Below, in pieces: positions 36,278 through 50,142 of a stretch of DNA of 64,000 nt. A program made the position numbers and the translations under genes. Under the pieces are notes generated by a model. That model saw only the letters and a program-made list of their open reading frames with translations, did no database searches and was not told the origin of the DNA. The first letter of the stretch is position 1; each line of letters starts with the position of its first letter. Source of the stretch: Paecilomyces variotii (taxonomy: Eukaryota); the NCBI GenBank assembly GCA_004022145.1, contig RCNU01000014.1; one strand, 5' to 3'.

Positions 36278-36604
36278 CTTGGGCAGAGAAAGGGAGCTGC
36301 AGGTGCCGAATTGAGGTCTCAAATATATCAGAGAAGCGACAGGTTATCGATACCGCATGGCGCTGCGACGACGCGCGCAAGGGTTAATGAGTCTCGTCCA
36401 GCGTAAATAGAGGAGAGACGGCGAAAGTGCGTCAATGAGGGAATATACCTCCGCTGATTTAGACTGAAGGCCTGCTATGTTAGTGTTCCTCCGGACAGTC
36501 TGCGCTATTATTCGGATCAAAGAGCTGGTGTTCACTGAAAGTCGGAGAGAGCTCGCCGTCAATGCGCTATTCCACTTTGGGAAACTACATCTCTCTGCAC
36601 GCGC

Positions 36605-36657
36605 AATAATAATAATAATAACAGATAATAATAATAAATGAATAGGAATAAATAATA
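36605..36657. repeat. Imperfect (AAT)n tract
   Basis: AATAATAATAATAATAACAGATAATAATAATAAATGAATAGGAATAAATAATA. Confidence 0.65.
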
Positions 36658-36943
36658 TCGTTTAAAAATCTGCGAATTGCTCATTCTAGCCTCACCCACA
36701 CATTGCTGCTTTATCAGGGTGAGCTGGGTGAGTCAGGTGATCTCCTCACCAACCTCATTTACACCTACTCAGCCTACGGTCAACTACACTCCCTCCATTA
36801 ACTAGCTCACTTGCACCGTGTCCTGGGCCTGTTGACGTCCAACTTCTTGAAATGAATACCATTTAGACAATTTTGTTGATTACAGAGATGTGGAGATGTC
36901 CACCCGAATATAAACTCTCTGCAAAGTGCTCGTCGTGCTCACC

Positions 36944-38854
36944 ATGCTGGGAGCTACTGTCCGAAAGAATTGTCACTTGTTTCATTTTACCCATCAGTTA
37001 GATCTATTTCTCCTCCCCACCCCCCAGAAGTCCTTCAATTCATTATCAACTCACTTTATACGCCGGCGGAGGACCTGCTCTTTCCAAACCAGCTCATCCT
37101 CAAGGTGTCTATCAACCACGGTTACTCCCGCGAACTCGACACCCAGACAAGATTTGTTTTCTTACACATCTGGGCGCTATCTCTACAATGAGAATCTCCG
37201 TTTTGCAGAACGATATGTCGAATTCAACGTTGAAGCGCTCAAAACCATCGCGGCTAGAAGTGTTGGTCGGAAAAATGTCACTCATATAAGAAAGCTTGCG
37301 GAGGGTGGTTTCAATAGGGTTTTTCTTCTTACCATGGAAGACGGACTTGAGGTTATAGCCAAAATCCCGTATCTACTTACTGTTCCAAAAACTTTCACGA
37401 CTGAAAGTGAGGTTGCGACTCTGGATTTCTTACATTCGAGAGGGATCCCAGTCCCCCGGGTTTATACTTATTCTTCAAAATCCGACAACCCAGTAGGTAC
37501 TGAATACATAATAATGCAGAAAGCCCCTGGGAGGCCGTTGGAGGAGCGTTGGTTTGATCTTACGCCTCAAGAACGCGTTCGTTTGGTAATGAGTTACGTT
37601 GAAATCGAGCGAAAACTTTTCTCCATTCCTTTCGGATCCTATGGCAGCTTATACTATAGGGACAGCCTACCCTCACACGCCCGAGCCGACCTTTATGCGT
37701 CGCCACATGGAGCATATGAGGGTGATGATGAAAACCGGTTTTGCATTGGGCCTTCTGCAGACTACATGTTCTGGCGAGGCAAACGCGCACTATTTGAAGT
37801 GGACCGTGGACCTTGTCAGTACTCTGTTTACAGAATAGTTAAAGGGACTGGGAATTACTAACTGTGCGTAGGGAAAGACCCTCGCGACTATGTTCGTTCC
37901 GTCGGTCAACGGGAATTAGAATGGACTCGCAAATTCGGGAAACCGCAACAGAATGACTTTCCTCATAACAATTTCCTTAAAGGAGACATCTCCCCTACAG
38001 GTTATATCGACCTACTAGAACAGTATATCTCTCTGTCACCTTATATCTTGCCCAGAGACCGTGAGAATTCCTTGAACAAGCCTACCTTGCGCCATCCAGG
38101 TAAAGTCTCAATAGAATTAACTCGACCTAGCCGCTGATAATGGTCAGATCTTAACCCGCCCAACGTTTTCATATCGGACTCTTGTGGAGTTTCATGCATT
38201 GTTGATTGGCAGCATTCGTCTATCCTTCCATTATTGCTTACCGCCGGTAACCCACCACTATTCGAAAATCCTGATTCCGAGCCTCCCAAAGGCCTTGAGA
38301 AACCGTGCCTTCCAGAAGATTATGCGTCATTGAGTCCAGAAGAGAAATCTCACGCCAATGAACTCCATCGACGAAGGGCGCTATTCTATTTGTACATGGT
38401 TCTCAATGGTAGGGATAACAAAGCTCATCTCGATGCACTTCGTTACCCGCTTTTGTTGCTCCGACAGCATGCAGTAGACAGCGCTGGCCGGCAATGGAGC
38501 GGCAATATAATTACGCTAAAAGGAGCACTCCTTAGACTTGCAACTCACTGGGGCCAGCTCGTAGACGGAAACCAGGAGCAAATTCAATGCCCAGTTCATT
38601 TCGACCCGAAGGAAGCAGAGGAGTTCTTGCTTATTGAGGATAACTGGTTCACAGCAACCATCTTACTCGAGCATTGGCGATCTATCTTGGACTATCTTGA
38701 CCAAGATGGATGGGTTAGACATGAATCATACGAAGATGTCGTGGAAAAAAATCACCAACTTAAGAAAGAGTGGTTAGCTGCAGCAGACGATGAAGACGAC
38801 TTTATCTCAGTTGATCGGTTCTGGCCGTTTCAAGATCATGAAGAGCTCGATTAA
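36944..38854 (+). CDS. APH-family phosphotransferase (Aim9-like)
   Basis: YTSGRYL, KLAEGGFNRVF, SEVATLDFL, NPVGTEYIIM, spliced catalytic HP|DLNPPN and IVDWQ. Introns at about 37815-37871 and 38100-38147. The start codon is uncertain. Confidence 0.85.
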
Positions 38855-39368
38855 CCCTCACCTTGATCGCGCGACTTCAAAGCAGCGATGCTCACCTACT
38901 GAAACAAGAAGGGCAAGCGCCAGGGTGCTCATAAACTTTTGATCGGTAGGAACAATATCTAAGACCACCTGGAGTCATAATGTATCATTGGTGAAGTTGA
39001 CGTGTTTAATGTGCATATTTAGTCCTTTTTTTTCTTGGAGGGCCTCATTTATACATGATACATGCCCGTTCATATTGTTGCTCATAATCCAGAACCCAAA
39101 CACCAGTCACGCTCACAAGATGCATTCAAATCCAAATTCAGGAACAGGCAGTGTAAATAATTGTATGTAAACGCCGGCTATGCAATTATCAGGGCAACTT
39201 CCTGATACTAGGCGTTGACAGAAATATGCAGAAATGTAAGCAGTGTCTCGAAACCCAAACTAGAAGCACGCGGCCATGTACAAATCCGACACAGGCACGC
39301 ATCTATTGAAGACAGTTGAGACTGCTTGGGGTATAAGTCTGGTGGGAAATAAATCCACGTAGGAAAGG

Positions 39369-41848
39369 CTAGCGGAGAGGGAGGTTAACATCAGATGCAT
39401 GCTTGACAGACGTGTTAAGCGTAACACCGCCATCACCAGTCATGTCTTCATCCTCCGATTCCTCTTCCGCATCTGTGTCATAAACGTCTTCATCTGCAAC
39501 CGATCCGGCAAACTGGGAGTCATCGAGAGATGGCCGCGACACGTAACTCTCACCGCCATCCTCGGCCCGTTCTTCATCTTCCATGTCACTTGCTTCTTCC
39601 TCGTATTCGTCCTCTTCTTCTTCCTCAAGCTCATCCTCCTCATCCTCAGTGTCCGTTGAGGAGAAATCTTCGAGCTCGGGGGGAGGTTCACGCCAGTAGG
39701 TGAAATCTGTACATTCCTCCCCACCTTCCTGGACAAGCATGGTGACCGGAGGGAAGAAGTGATCGACCAGCTCTCTCATTGTGACATAACTGCTCTTGTA
39801 CTTGTTTAAACTGAGGAGGTCGAGGGAAACTTCTGCATTAGAGTTGATAGTGAAAATTCTGCTTGACGGAATGTTCACAGATCGGTAACTCAAAGCGTCC
39901 GTGAGTCGGTTTCCGAATCCTGCATAGAAAGGATTCCGTTTCCCCGGGAACAAACTGAGGATATCTCGGAGACAGGCCATCTTGAAGACTTCGGGCTTCC
40001 TCAGGTAGATCTCACGTCTCAACGCTGCAATTGTCCGATCAGGGCTCATGATGACAGGGCCTTTCGGCAGTCGATACCCTTCTTGGCAAACGCCGTTAAG
40101 ATAGGTTCGTGTTATATCTGCCTGTCCGGTGGACCGACTGGTGAGATACATGATGTTGTACCCGTTGTTGACAATATCGGTGTACAACTTTGCGACACCC
40201 AGATGGGTCCAGTCGCGTCCGATCATGTTCAAAACGTGCCCTAGGGCATCGGACCTGCCAATAACAGTTAGTAGAGAAGGGAAAGCGGTTTTGTAACGCA
40301 AGTCACTCACTTCGTAATTGTACCATCAATATCGGAGATGACGATTGGTGTCTTGTAGTTCCAGAGATACATGGTCGCAGGGCAGATAGCCTTGTTGACA
40401 CTGAATGATATGGGGTTGGCACCTGGCTTGAGATCCAGGGCCTTCAGTTGATCGCTGGTGAGACGTAAGGTCTTTGCATAGTTGCGATTTTGCTCCCCCG
40501 CAGAGGGGTCCTGTGTGGGAGTATGAGGGGGGGTTGGAAATCCAGGCTGGACGTCCGACTGGGTACGATGATGTCTCGTCGTAGGTGCAGGATCCGTAAG
40601 GCTCCTATCACTGTCACTGTGATATCCTGGATCCGACACGGCGTCATCGCTCATTCCCGCGCTCGACCGGAACGGTCCCATAGTGGCCTGACGCGTGGCC
40701 GCCTGTCTCGCTTCTTTTGCTTCTTCGCTGCTGTAGATCCACAGGTTGCCCTTCTCATCTGCCCCAATAAGAGCACCAATATCATAGTTCCCCTCCAGCT
40801 CCTCTGCAAGGATCTTGCGCGCAATGATCTCCGCTCGGAGGGCATCCTCCTCACTGCTCTTGTATCCGGTCATGTCGAGCATCAGATCACCTGTTTCCGT
40901 GACATGGGTGGGTATGTTTGACGTCGATAGTTTCTTTGACAGGGCCATTGCTCGCGAAAAGGCCTCCTTGGCTGACAAAGGCGGAGGACTCTGGGAGCGG
41001 ATGGACCGAGGAGAGCCCTCCTCAGCGCCCTCTTCCCTCTGAAAGGTTCCGTGGACGCTAGCATCTTGCAAGGAAGTCGTCGCCGTAAGAACATCCTCGG
41101 ACATCGCACGCCTAGTGGGTTGAATAGCGTCTTCCCCCAATGTAGTAGAACGAGTCCTACCCGAAACAGCGGCGTCTGGTGATGCTGACGGAGGCGTAAC
41201 CAGGCCTACTAATGGTTAGCCAAAAAATCAAAAAGGCATGCATCCCATGGACAAACTTACCTATATCAGTAGACGCCCGCATACTGCCCGATAGATGCGG
41301 AGGCATTCCGAGGGCCCTCTTCGAATCGATCTTACCCAGACTGGTACTTGATTTGTCCAGGTCCAGGAATTCCGGCTCCTGGAGTGAGGATGGTTCTCCA
41401 GCTTGTGGCTTGGGACTCCCTGTGGGAGATACCAGAGGGGACGTCTGCAACGATTCGGGTACGTCATCCTTTGTTTCGAATACGAAGAAGGCCTCTCCCC
41501 CTTCTCCCAATTTCATGGCATAATTTTGCCTGACTCCATTGACACGGAACTCGACCTTAGAATGTTGTCAGCCATGCTAAGGCCAGAAGACAACCTATCC
41601 AACCGTACCTTTTTCTCGTAGGGCCGCAGTAACGAGAACTTGCCGAAGCGAACGTGGAACGGCGAACAAGCTAACGTCCCTATCGCAGGTCAGTACCTAT
41701 CTATTCCAGCAACGTGGCTTAGATCGTGATATTGCCTACCATCTTCCTGCTCGATGACTATCACGTCAATGGCTCCGCTCAAGGTGGCTGGATTGATCGA
41801 GTTCCAGGTCTTGGACACGGAACCACTGATACTCCGCACGTACTGCAT
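39369..41848 (-). CDS. PAH1: Lipin / phosphatidate phosphatase (Pah1/Ned1/Smp2)
   Basis: NLIP domain (INPATLSGAIDV, SPFHVRFGK, MKLGEGGEAFF) and HAD motif DIDGT followed by SDALGH. Four introns. Confidence 0.95.
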
Positions 41849-42619
41849 CCTGAGACAGACGAACGGTTGGCACCGTTAACACACTGGAATCAGGACCAAC
41901 AGAGTATCTGATCGAAAAGATGTCGCCCGGAATCGATGGTCAGAAGGATATCTAGTAGTAGAGGAAACGAGCGGAAGTGGATGAGGCAGCCGACAAGGGC
42001 GCATGTGACACTATCGGACGGAGATCGACGGCTGTCTCATAGCCAAACAGCCAGCAGGGTTAAAACCAGGCTGGAAGGATGACCATAGATAGAGATAGAA
42101 GCAAGGAAGAATAGTAGGAGTCACAAAGAACACAAAGAATGGTTGGGGATGGGCAACAGTAGTAGTTAGAACTCCCCGCAATATGAGACTGACGGCGTTG
42201 ACGACTGACTTGGAGCTGTTGGGTTCGTCGCTTCCCTCAACGCCCAACGCCCTCCGCGCCTTCCTGCCTCGGCGACTGCCATTCTCGGCGGGGCAGCCGG
42301 GACCACGCTAGGCCCAGACGGGCTAGCACGTGACGTCGATCTGGCCGCCCCGGATCCGCCCGGAGAAAGAGAAAGTCCGCTGGTCCCGTGACCGACAAGC
42401 CCGCCCGCCAAGCCTTTCCTTCTCTCTGGCGGCGCAACAGCCAGAAGCACCAAGTCCAAAGCCGAGCGGAGGAAGCGCATTCCTCTGGCGCAAACACTCT
42501 TCACCCTGGCTGCAATCCACCTGGACGGATGGACCCTCGACGCTGGGATGTATGAGCCGCTGTATCTGTCCTTTGACACCTATCCCAGCGTGGTCCCGCG
42601 TGTGAGGGTGCGAGGTGTC

Positions 42620-45600
42620 ATGGCTCTTTTCCTGGCGGCTACTATCCTGTGGGCGCTGGTCTGGTGAGTTGCTCGACTGCTCGACTACTTGACTACTTGA
42701 CTACTTGACATGGAGCAGACGTGCTAACCCTACTATCTTAGGCTGCTCTACCGGGCCTGGCAGGTCTGTCAGACCTCGAATGAGGTCCTCGTCGACAAGC
42801 TGGGTCTGGATATCCCACCGGCCCCGGAAGTAACGCTCGAAGAGATTTCCGCCCGTGAGATACGAATTGCCTGGAAACAGCCCGATTTCCATAACTCGAT
42901 ACACAAGCACATCATTCAAATCAATGGGGCCAAAGGTGAGAGCACGAAAATTCAGATAGCATGGGAATCATCAGCAGCTGACCGCAAGCAGCGGGAGAGA
43001 CCAAAAGAGCGGAGACGGTCGTGACGATATCGAACCTGATACCCGGAAATATTTACCACATTTGCGTCTTTGCAGTCAGCGCAGCGAATTTCCAGACCGC
43101 GAGCGCCATCCTTCATGTCCGCACGAAGCCGGTGCCTCTGTCGCAGAGAGAACAAAATGGTACTACGGGAGGCCCGACAATCCGAGCGGCGATCCCTAGA
43201 TCGACTGCGGCCTTGGCTGCACCTTCTGCGCCCGTTATGTCACGCGAACACAGTGGTGGTCTACAGTCAAAACGCATTGCTGGTGGACGGAAGCTCTCAC
43301 CCGCAGCTACGAGCGCCGATACGGCCCATGTTCAAGCGGATGACCTGCAGAGGACCCCGGCAAACGATGATACCGACGAGACCCTTGAACAGCTCGCGGA
43401 ACGGCTGAAGACTCTACAGCATGAGAACGAAAATCTAGAAAAACAGATTGCCGACGAGGAAGAGGAACACACGGCGTCATTGAAAGAACTTGAAAGGCAG
43501 AGGGACGAGTTGAAACAGCGGGTGAAAGAGAAGGATGAGGCTAGTGGTGATCTCAAGAAGCACGTCAACAAACTCGAGAGCGTAAACCGCACCGTCCAGA
43601 GCGAAAAGACCAAGCGTGAGCGGTTATTGCAGCAGAAAGAAGCGGAGCGCAAGAAACGCAAGGACGACATCGTCAGGTGGCAAGAACAGATGGTGCAAAT
43701 GGGCAAGGATATCAACCGTGCTAGGGAAGACAAGTCTCGTGTGGAAGAGGCAGCTGCTAAACGGGCTTCTGAAATTCGGGGAAAGATCTCCAACGAGCAG
43801 ACGGAAATGAAGGGACTCGACGACGAGATACAGGAGAAGGGTGGTCGGATTAAGAAGCTAGAGGAAGAGAGAAAGAAGCTCCAGGGTGGTGATAGTGAGG
43901 ACGGAAAGGAATTGGACCGCATCGACACTGAACGCGCACGACAATGGGAGATCAGGCTGGGCAATCTTCATGCGCGATACGCCGCTCTGGTCAGCCTCCA
44001 TGCTCAGGTAAGACTTCGATTCTTTCACTTCCGTAAGGAGCTCTGCTGACCCCTCCAAGGCCCAGCAACAATATCAGGAAGCCCAGGAGCGCCTGAAATG
44101 GCTGACAAGCCAACGACCTAACGGCTCCGGTCCTTTCGCTCCTTTGCCGCCACTGGAATTAGATATGTCCCACGCTGCTGCTATGCGTCGTCCACGCCAT
44201 CGCAGTTCGCTTAAGAGCAATGTTTCATCTCCGGTGACCTTCCCGGCCCTCGATCCATCTTTTTCGAGCGCAGTCAATTACCATCCTCCCACGACGAGCT
44301 CGCCTACCTTCCCTCCCAGCTCTGCATTCTTCAACATCAACAATGGAATGACTATCTCTGGTCTGACTGACCAGTCGGATACCGTTCGTGCAGATTCAGA
44401 TATATCGCTTAGCAACCCACCCATGAGCCCTCGTGCCGATGCCTTGCTGCCATCGGATCTTCTAGGGGATGAAGAGTCCCCAGAACTTCTCGGTGAACCA
44501 AAGCATCCCCGTTTCCCGGACATTGAGCCCGTCGGATCTCACTTAGAGGATACGCATAGAAGATCTCCTTCGTCGGGTTCTACAGAGGATAAGCCTGCGG
44601 TAATGTTCCCTAGTTCACATGAAAACCTGGATGGCTCCCATGAGAACGATGGTCAACCCAGCACAGATGCTGAGGACGGGCCTCATGCTGGCGTGCAGAG
44701 CGCTTCGCGTAGGCTCTCCGGGTTGTTCGGGTTCCATCGCCAGCGTGGAAAGACGTTGGCAGATGGGCCACCTGCACTTGGGAGTCTGAAACAAGGTCAA
44801 AGTCAGTCGTTCCCCCGAGACGTGGATGAGATAGATCCTATCGGGTCTAGACGCCGCAGATTGAGCTACACAGGTAACTGGCCGAATCCAATCTCTCTGC
44901 TTCCCCGGAGTAGCACGGCAAACGTTACCGCGGACAGTTCGTCAGACTATCTGCCTTCCCGCCGGGCTGCGTTCACGAATCTCTTCTCTTCCTCCGGCAA
45001 ACTAGGAGCAGGTGAACGCTCTGATGCCAACACTGGATACAACCAATTCAGTCCCACTCACGATCCAATTGACCCGTCCTCTATTCTTGGAACTGTGCGA
45101 CGCGGGTCCTTATCCCCTCGACCATCCTCCACATTCTCGTTCGACAACCAGTTCCCGCACCCATCAACAGATAATAGACATTTTGGCTGGCCCACTACGG
45201 AGAAAGTCAGTCACAGAATAAGCCCTCTCGGTTTCGGATGGGCATCACCTACGACGTGGTCGAGGACACAGTCTCGGAGACCTTCAACTCAGTATGGTTC
45301 TTCGAGTCAGCTACCCCTGAGTCTCACAGGGGAACCCGATTTCTTACAGAGCTCTTTTGACAAACATCGTCCTTTGCAGGCGCCTATTGGGACTCGACCG
45401 TCATCCTCTCATAGACCGGTCACTCCGAAGCTGAACCCAGCGGCGCCGTCCTTCAAAACACTCTTCAGCAAAAGGTCGGATAAAGAAAAGGACAAGGATC
45501 CTGCTCCAGAGGTACCTGTCGATTTCAACCCGGATGATGGATCTCCTTCAGAACCTCGCCGTTCGAGAGATGGCCGATCAATAGCCAACTCCGCGACTGA

Positions 45601-45985
45601 ATCTTACGAGTCCCTTGAGCGCACGCCATCGGGGACTCCGTCTGATACGACGAATTCGAAAGAATCCTTTATCCAGAAGATCACGCGGAAAAGCAGCTCC
45701 AGCAAGTTCAATCTCTCGTGGAAAGACCGCTCCGGTCTCTTCTCGAAGAAGGGCGATACCTCTCAAGGTGACATTGATGAGGATGCTGGCAGCGAGGCCC
45801 AGCTTGGGAAGAGCGTTGACAGCATATCCTCTAGCATCCATTCAGTCGACAAGTCTTCCAGGAGCAGCCTGGGCTTTTTTAGCAGAAAGTCCAAGAAACC
45901 CGAAAAGTCTGTCGGCGAGGAGGGTGAGAAGACGGGAGAGACGGGTGATGAGACATATGTCGAGGAGCTGTCGACATCTGCGTAG
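42620..45985 (+). CDS. Membrane-anchored fibronectin type III / coiled-coil protein
   Basis: Hydrophobic N-terminus, FN3-like segment (IAWKQP…ISNLIPGNIYHICVFAVS), long coiled coil, Ser/Pro-rich tail with a PAM2-like KLNPAAPSF. Three introns. Confidence 0.75.
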
Positions 45986-46555
45986 GTGGGCGAGGATCGT
46001 CTGCCTAACTCGGTACTTTGCATCTGTAGGAGTCTCGATCAGCATTTGTTTGCCGGTGTTCTTAGTGTCCTTTGTCAGGCAATTAGCATTTAGCACGGTT
46101 GCATGGAAACGAATTCGGGTTGTCATTTCCTGCCAAGCTTCTTTAAGCCTCGTAGGGAACATAGGATACGGCTGTTCCACATCGTATGAGTCTTCATCGT
46201 CAGAAAAGATTCGTAATTTCAACTCCTTGTTCACCCCGCGCTTAGGAATACGACGTGCTGGTGTGGCTTCTTTATGAACCGAATATCTTACACATTACAC
46301 GAGTAGACTCTTTCGTCTTCGGTCATCGGATAAAATTAATTTGCAGGAGATGTCCACTTAGCTTTGGTGCGTTTGACATCTATATAATGCATCTATGGTG
46401 GCGCCGAGGTGGGAAGCGAGGATACTTATTCCACCATGAATCCCGCGCGAGTCACTAGCCACATCCACCTAGCATCAAATCGCATCGCATACTCTACAGA
46501 GCCTGCATCCAATCCTCTATGTCATTCAACGATGCATAGAAATCAGTAAACAGAC

Positions 46556-48255
46556 ATGGCTAATTCGAAGTATATCACACTATCTTGAAGTCACAATTCT
46601 CGGGGCTATTTCCGTGATGGATTTTGCTGACGATTTTCATCCAGATATGAGTACGTCAAGCAGTTCGAGCAGCCGGACGCGTTACTTCCGAATGCTTGGA
46701 TAGTCGTCAGAATTGATGGGAGGGGATTCCATAAGTCAGTTTCCCTTTTTTTTGGTTCATTGAACTTTCTGGTCCTTTTGAGGAATTTTTCTCTTGTTGT
46801 AAGCTTGCGTTTTGCTGGTGATTTTCATTTTCGGTTTTTTGAGATCCGTTGCCCCTCATACCTAGAGTTTCTGTTTCGTATCTTGACTGCTTATCAAGTA
46901 TTTTGCCAGTCATTGATATAGCGGATTAACATTCATCTGGGTTCTTGAGTTCGATCATGGTCTGTGTGAATGTTCCTTTCGTGTTGGTTTATTTATTTCT
47001 TTTTGCATTGCTGCGCGCTCAGAATCTAAATTCCAACCCATCTGACTATCCCACCACAGGCTATCCGATAAATATGGCTTTCGAAAACCCAACGATCGCC
47101 GGGCACTGGACCTCATGAATGCTGCTGCTGTAGAGGTCATGAAAGACCTTACGGATCTGGTTATTGCCTATGGTGTTAGTGACGAGTACAGGTATGGAGA
47201 ACTGGAATTTTACGTCTAGATCTTAGATGCTGGATATATCCATTGCTAATTTCCTGCCAGCTTTGTATTCCATCCGACGTGTCAATTATTCGAGAGGAGA
47301 TGCGGGTAAGGCTCAGCTATTTCCTCTTTTCAAATTGCTCCATGGATTCTAATCAGTATCCTACTAGAAAACTCGTCACGACCATCGTATCGACCTTTAC
47401 GGCGCACTATATTTTCAAGTGGCCCACTTTCTTCCCTGATACCCCTCTTGAACCATCGTCACTGCCGAGTTTCGATGGGAGGGCTGTTCTGTATCCGACT
47501 ACGGCCAATCTGAGAGATTATATGAGCTGGAGACAGGTTGATTGTACGTCTGATGCCGACAGGATGAGCTCTTGTTGATACTTTGTCTTTTTTATTATCG
47601 AGAGTTGTTTTACAAAGGACCTATACTCATGAGCATTGGGAGAGACAGGCCACATCAACAATCTTTATAATACCACTTTCTGGACCATGGTTCAGAAAGG
47701 TGGGATGACCAACACAGATGCAGAGAGGGAATTGAAGGTATGAATGCTTTGTCGCTTATTTCCTCATTCTACTATGAGCTTAAATATCTCTTATGTCCTG
47801 TCGTAAATGGCACAAGAAAAACTGAAATAAAATAAAACTAACATCTCTCGCAGGGCACCGTATCATCTGACAAGAACGAGATCCTGTTCACACGATTCGG
47901 AATCAACTATAACAACGAGCCGGAAATATATAAGAAAGGAAGCGTCGTCTATCGCCAGGTATGTCTATCAAATATGCAACAGAAAGAAATAAGCACTAGA
48001 TCCCTGACTCCTTCCGAACCGCAGTACGAATTAGAAGATCCGAATTCTGCAGAAGCGACAAATGAACCGAAACAGGAAGACGCCAGCTCGGCTCTACAGA
48101 AAGATATTTCAAAGACTCAGCAGGAGAAAATCAGGAAGCTACGACGGAAAGCGAGAGTGGTTGTTGATCATGTTGATATCATCAAGGATGATTTCTGGCA
48201 GAGACGGCCGTGGATACTTTCGAATAAGCCTGGGAAGCTCCCGACGGAGGAGTAA
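46556..48255 (+). CDS. THG1: tRNA(His) guanylyltransferase
   Basis: [69 protein letters not shown]. About seven introns. Confidence 0.93.
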
Positions 48256-48471
48256 TGCTTTTTCTTTGGCTGAGTTACGTTCTACATAAAACGAATTATG
48301 TTTCGTGTTTCATGCGAATGATTGAATGAAAAGAAATATGCTTTTCTAGGAAGTTGCTGAAAATGGGGTATCTAAATTTCTATCCATGTACGGCCAGTCC
48401 AGTGCGATGTAGCGTATATATAGATTGGATGTCTAGACAAGTGCATTGGAAATCCTGCCGTGACATCAAAC

Positions 48472-49434
48472 TTAATTCGAAGACTTTTCTTCTTTCTTGC
48501 GCTTTTTTGATTTCTCCTTTTTCACCTCGTCGCCGGCGCTGTCGGTCTTGGACCGCTTCTTTTCCTTTTTCTCCTTCTTGTCCTTCTTGTTTTTCTCCTT
48601 TGACTCTTTCTTCTCTTTCTTCAGCTTAGATGATGCTTTCTCATCGTCTGCTGAACCATCTGCGCTTGATTCTTCTGTCGAAAGTGGTGTAGGATAATCC
48701 TGCTCCGCTGTTGTTATGTCCTTCTTTCGTTTCTTATCCTTCTTCCGCTCCTCGCGCGATGGCCCTGTCCGGTCATCATCTTCTTTGTCTTCCCTGGAGA
48801 GCTTCTTCTCCTTTTTGTCTTTCTTCTCCTTCTTCTCGCGCTTCTTTCGCTCCCGTCGCTCCTCCTTGGTCTCGATAGATGATGTCGCATCCTGATTCCG
48901 GGTCGATTCAGCATCCTCCTTCATCTTTCTCTTCTTCCTTCTCTCTTCCTTCCTGAGAGCCCGCGCCTGCTTTGGATCTTCATCCTCGTCGTCGTCACGC
49001 TTCCTCTTCGATTTCGACTTTTTCTTTTCCTCAGAAGAATCTTCACTCGTCTTCTTCTTCTCCTTCTTCTTCTCTTCCTTCAACCTATTCGCATTCTCTT
49101 CAATAGTCCCCTTCAGACCCTCCCCTCTGACAAAGAACTTATAAAGCTCACTTCCATTCCGAATGAGCGAACTGCCCTGCTGTCCAACCCCGGACTCGTT
49201 GGCAGTTCCATCGTCCCCGACGCCGCGCAATGCTTCCTCAAATCCACGCAGCCACCACTGGTTCGAGTGGTCTTTGGTCGTTTTCCGACCCACGCCATCT
49301 TTGTTCGATTTCCGTGCGACGAGAATGGGGCGCGTCAGGCCCAGTCCGCCGTGAGGACCAGGTCGGCGGTTCGGGTTCAGAGGGTTACCGGGGCCGTCCC
49401 AGCCAAGGCGCATGAGGTAGGCTTGAGCGTCCAT
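48472..49434 (-). CDS. TMA23: Tma23-like nucleolar protein (G-patch-like N-terminus, KKE-rich tail)
   Basis: MDAQAYLMRLGW…GLTRPILV…GVG…QWWLRGF followed by Lys/Glu-rich low-complexity sequence. Confidence 0.75.
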   Translation of the reverse strand: MDAQAYLMRLGWDGPGNPLNPNRRPGPHGGLGLTRPILVARKSNKDGVGRKTTKDHSNQWWLRGFEEALRGVGDDGTANESGVGQQGSSLIRNGSELYKFFVRGEGLKGTIEENANRLKEEKKKEKKKTSEDSSEEKKKSKSKRKRDDDEDEDPKQARALRKEERRKKRKMKEDAESTRNQDATSSIETKEERRERKKREKKEKKDKKEKKLSREDKEDDDRTGPSREERKKDKKRKKDITTAEQDYPTPLSTEESSADGSADDEKASSKLKKEKKESKEKNKKDKKEKKEKKRSKTDSAGDEVKKEKSKKRKKEEKSSN

Positions 49435-50142
49435 TGTGGTATGTTGTAGAAGGGTGTTTAGTTATTTTGTAGAAGGCACAGATACCGGCGGGGAGGGGAG
49501 GTATCTGGCGTGTCGAAGCGCTCAGCGGTTTTGCCTCGTCGCTGAGGCAGGCGTGGTGGATGGGGATTCGTGGAGAAAATGTCCTCAGCTCAGCATCTCT
49601 GGAGTTTTTTCTTTCTTTTTTTCTTACAGACACCGGTAAAGTAGGAGTGTCTGTGATAATGAGAGATTAAAAGAAAATAATTTTGTATGTGACAGTGGCC
49701 AACTGCAATGACAACTGCCAGCCCGTTTGGAGAAGAACCAAAATTTCGAGTGAGAAAAAAGTGCCGCTGATCTTATCGCGGGCGGTGAGAGAGCCTGATC
49801 CGCCGGTGCTGAAGTATCCGATTTACATTATCTGTCGAAACGGCACTTAAATCAGTGAAAGTAAGCATAGGTTTGATTTTCCCATAAAATATATGCAATA
49901 TCTAATGTTCTAACGTTTATTGATCTTGCCACATAAAGTCCAGCTTTCTAAGTTTTGACCTCCTAACACTGTGTACAGTACATACCGAAACTGACCGGGC
50001 AGTTCCTTCGCTATTCACGGCATGTAAGTGCGTACTGTATGTATCTGTTTATCTGCACTGCTTGTCGTAAATCATGGCATCATCAGTTTCATTATTCCAT
50101 GCCGCAAGCAGCATCACAGGAAAGAAATCATGGTATTTGACA

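Noticed and set aside
42682-42709. GACTACTT tandem repeat
   Set aside because: A simple intronic minisatellite in the FN3 gene, with no spacers or other structure.
46735-47059. Unusually long THG1 intron as a possible snoRNA host
   Set aside because: No convincing box C/D pair or H/ACA architecture by eye. An Infernal/Rfam search would be needed.
29394-48255. HIS4 and tRNA(His) guanylyltransferase in the same neighbourhood as a possible histidine cluster
   Set aside because: They are 14 kb apart with six unrelated genes in between. Ordinary synteny explains it.
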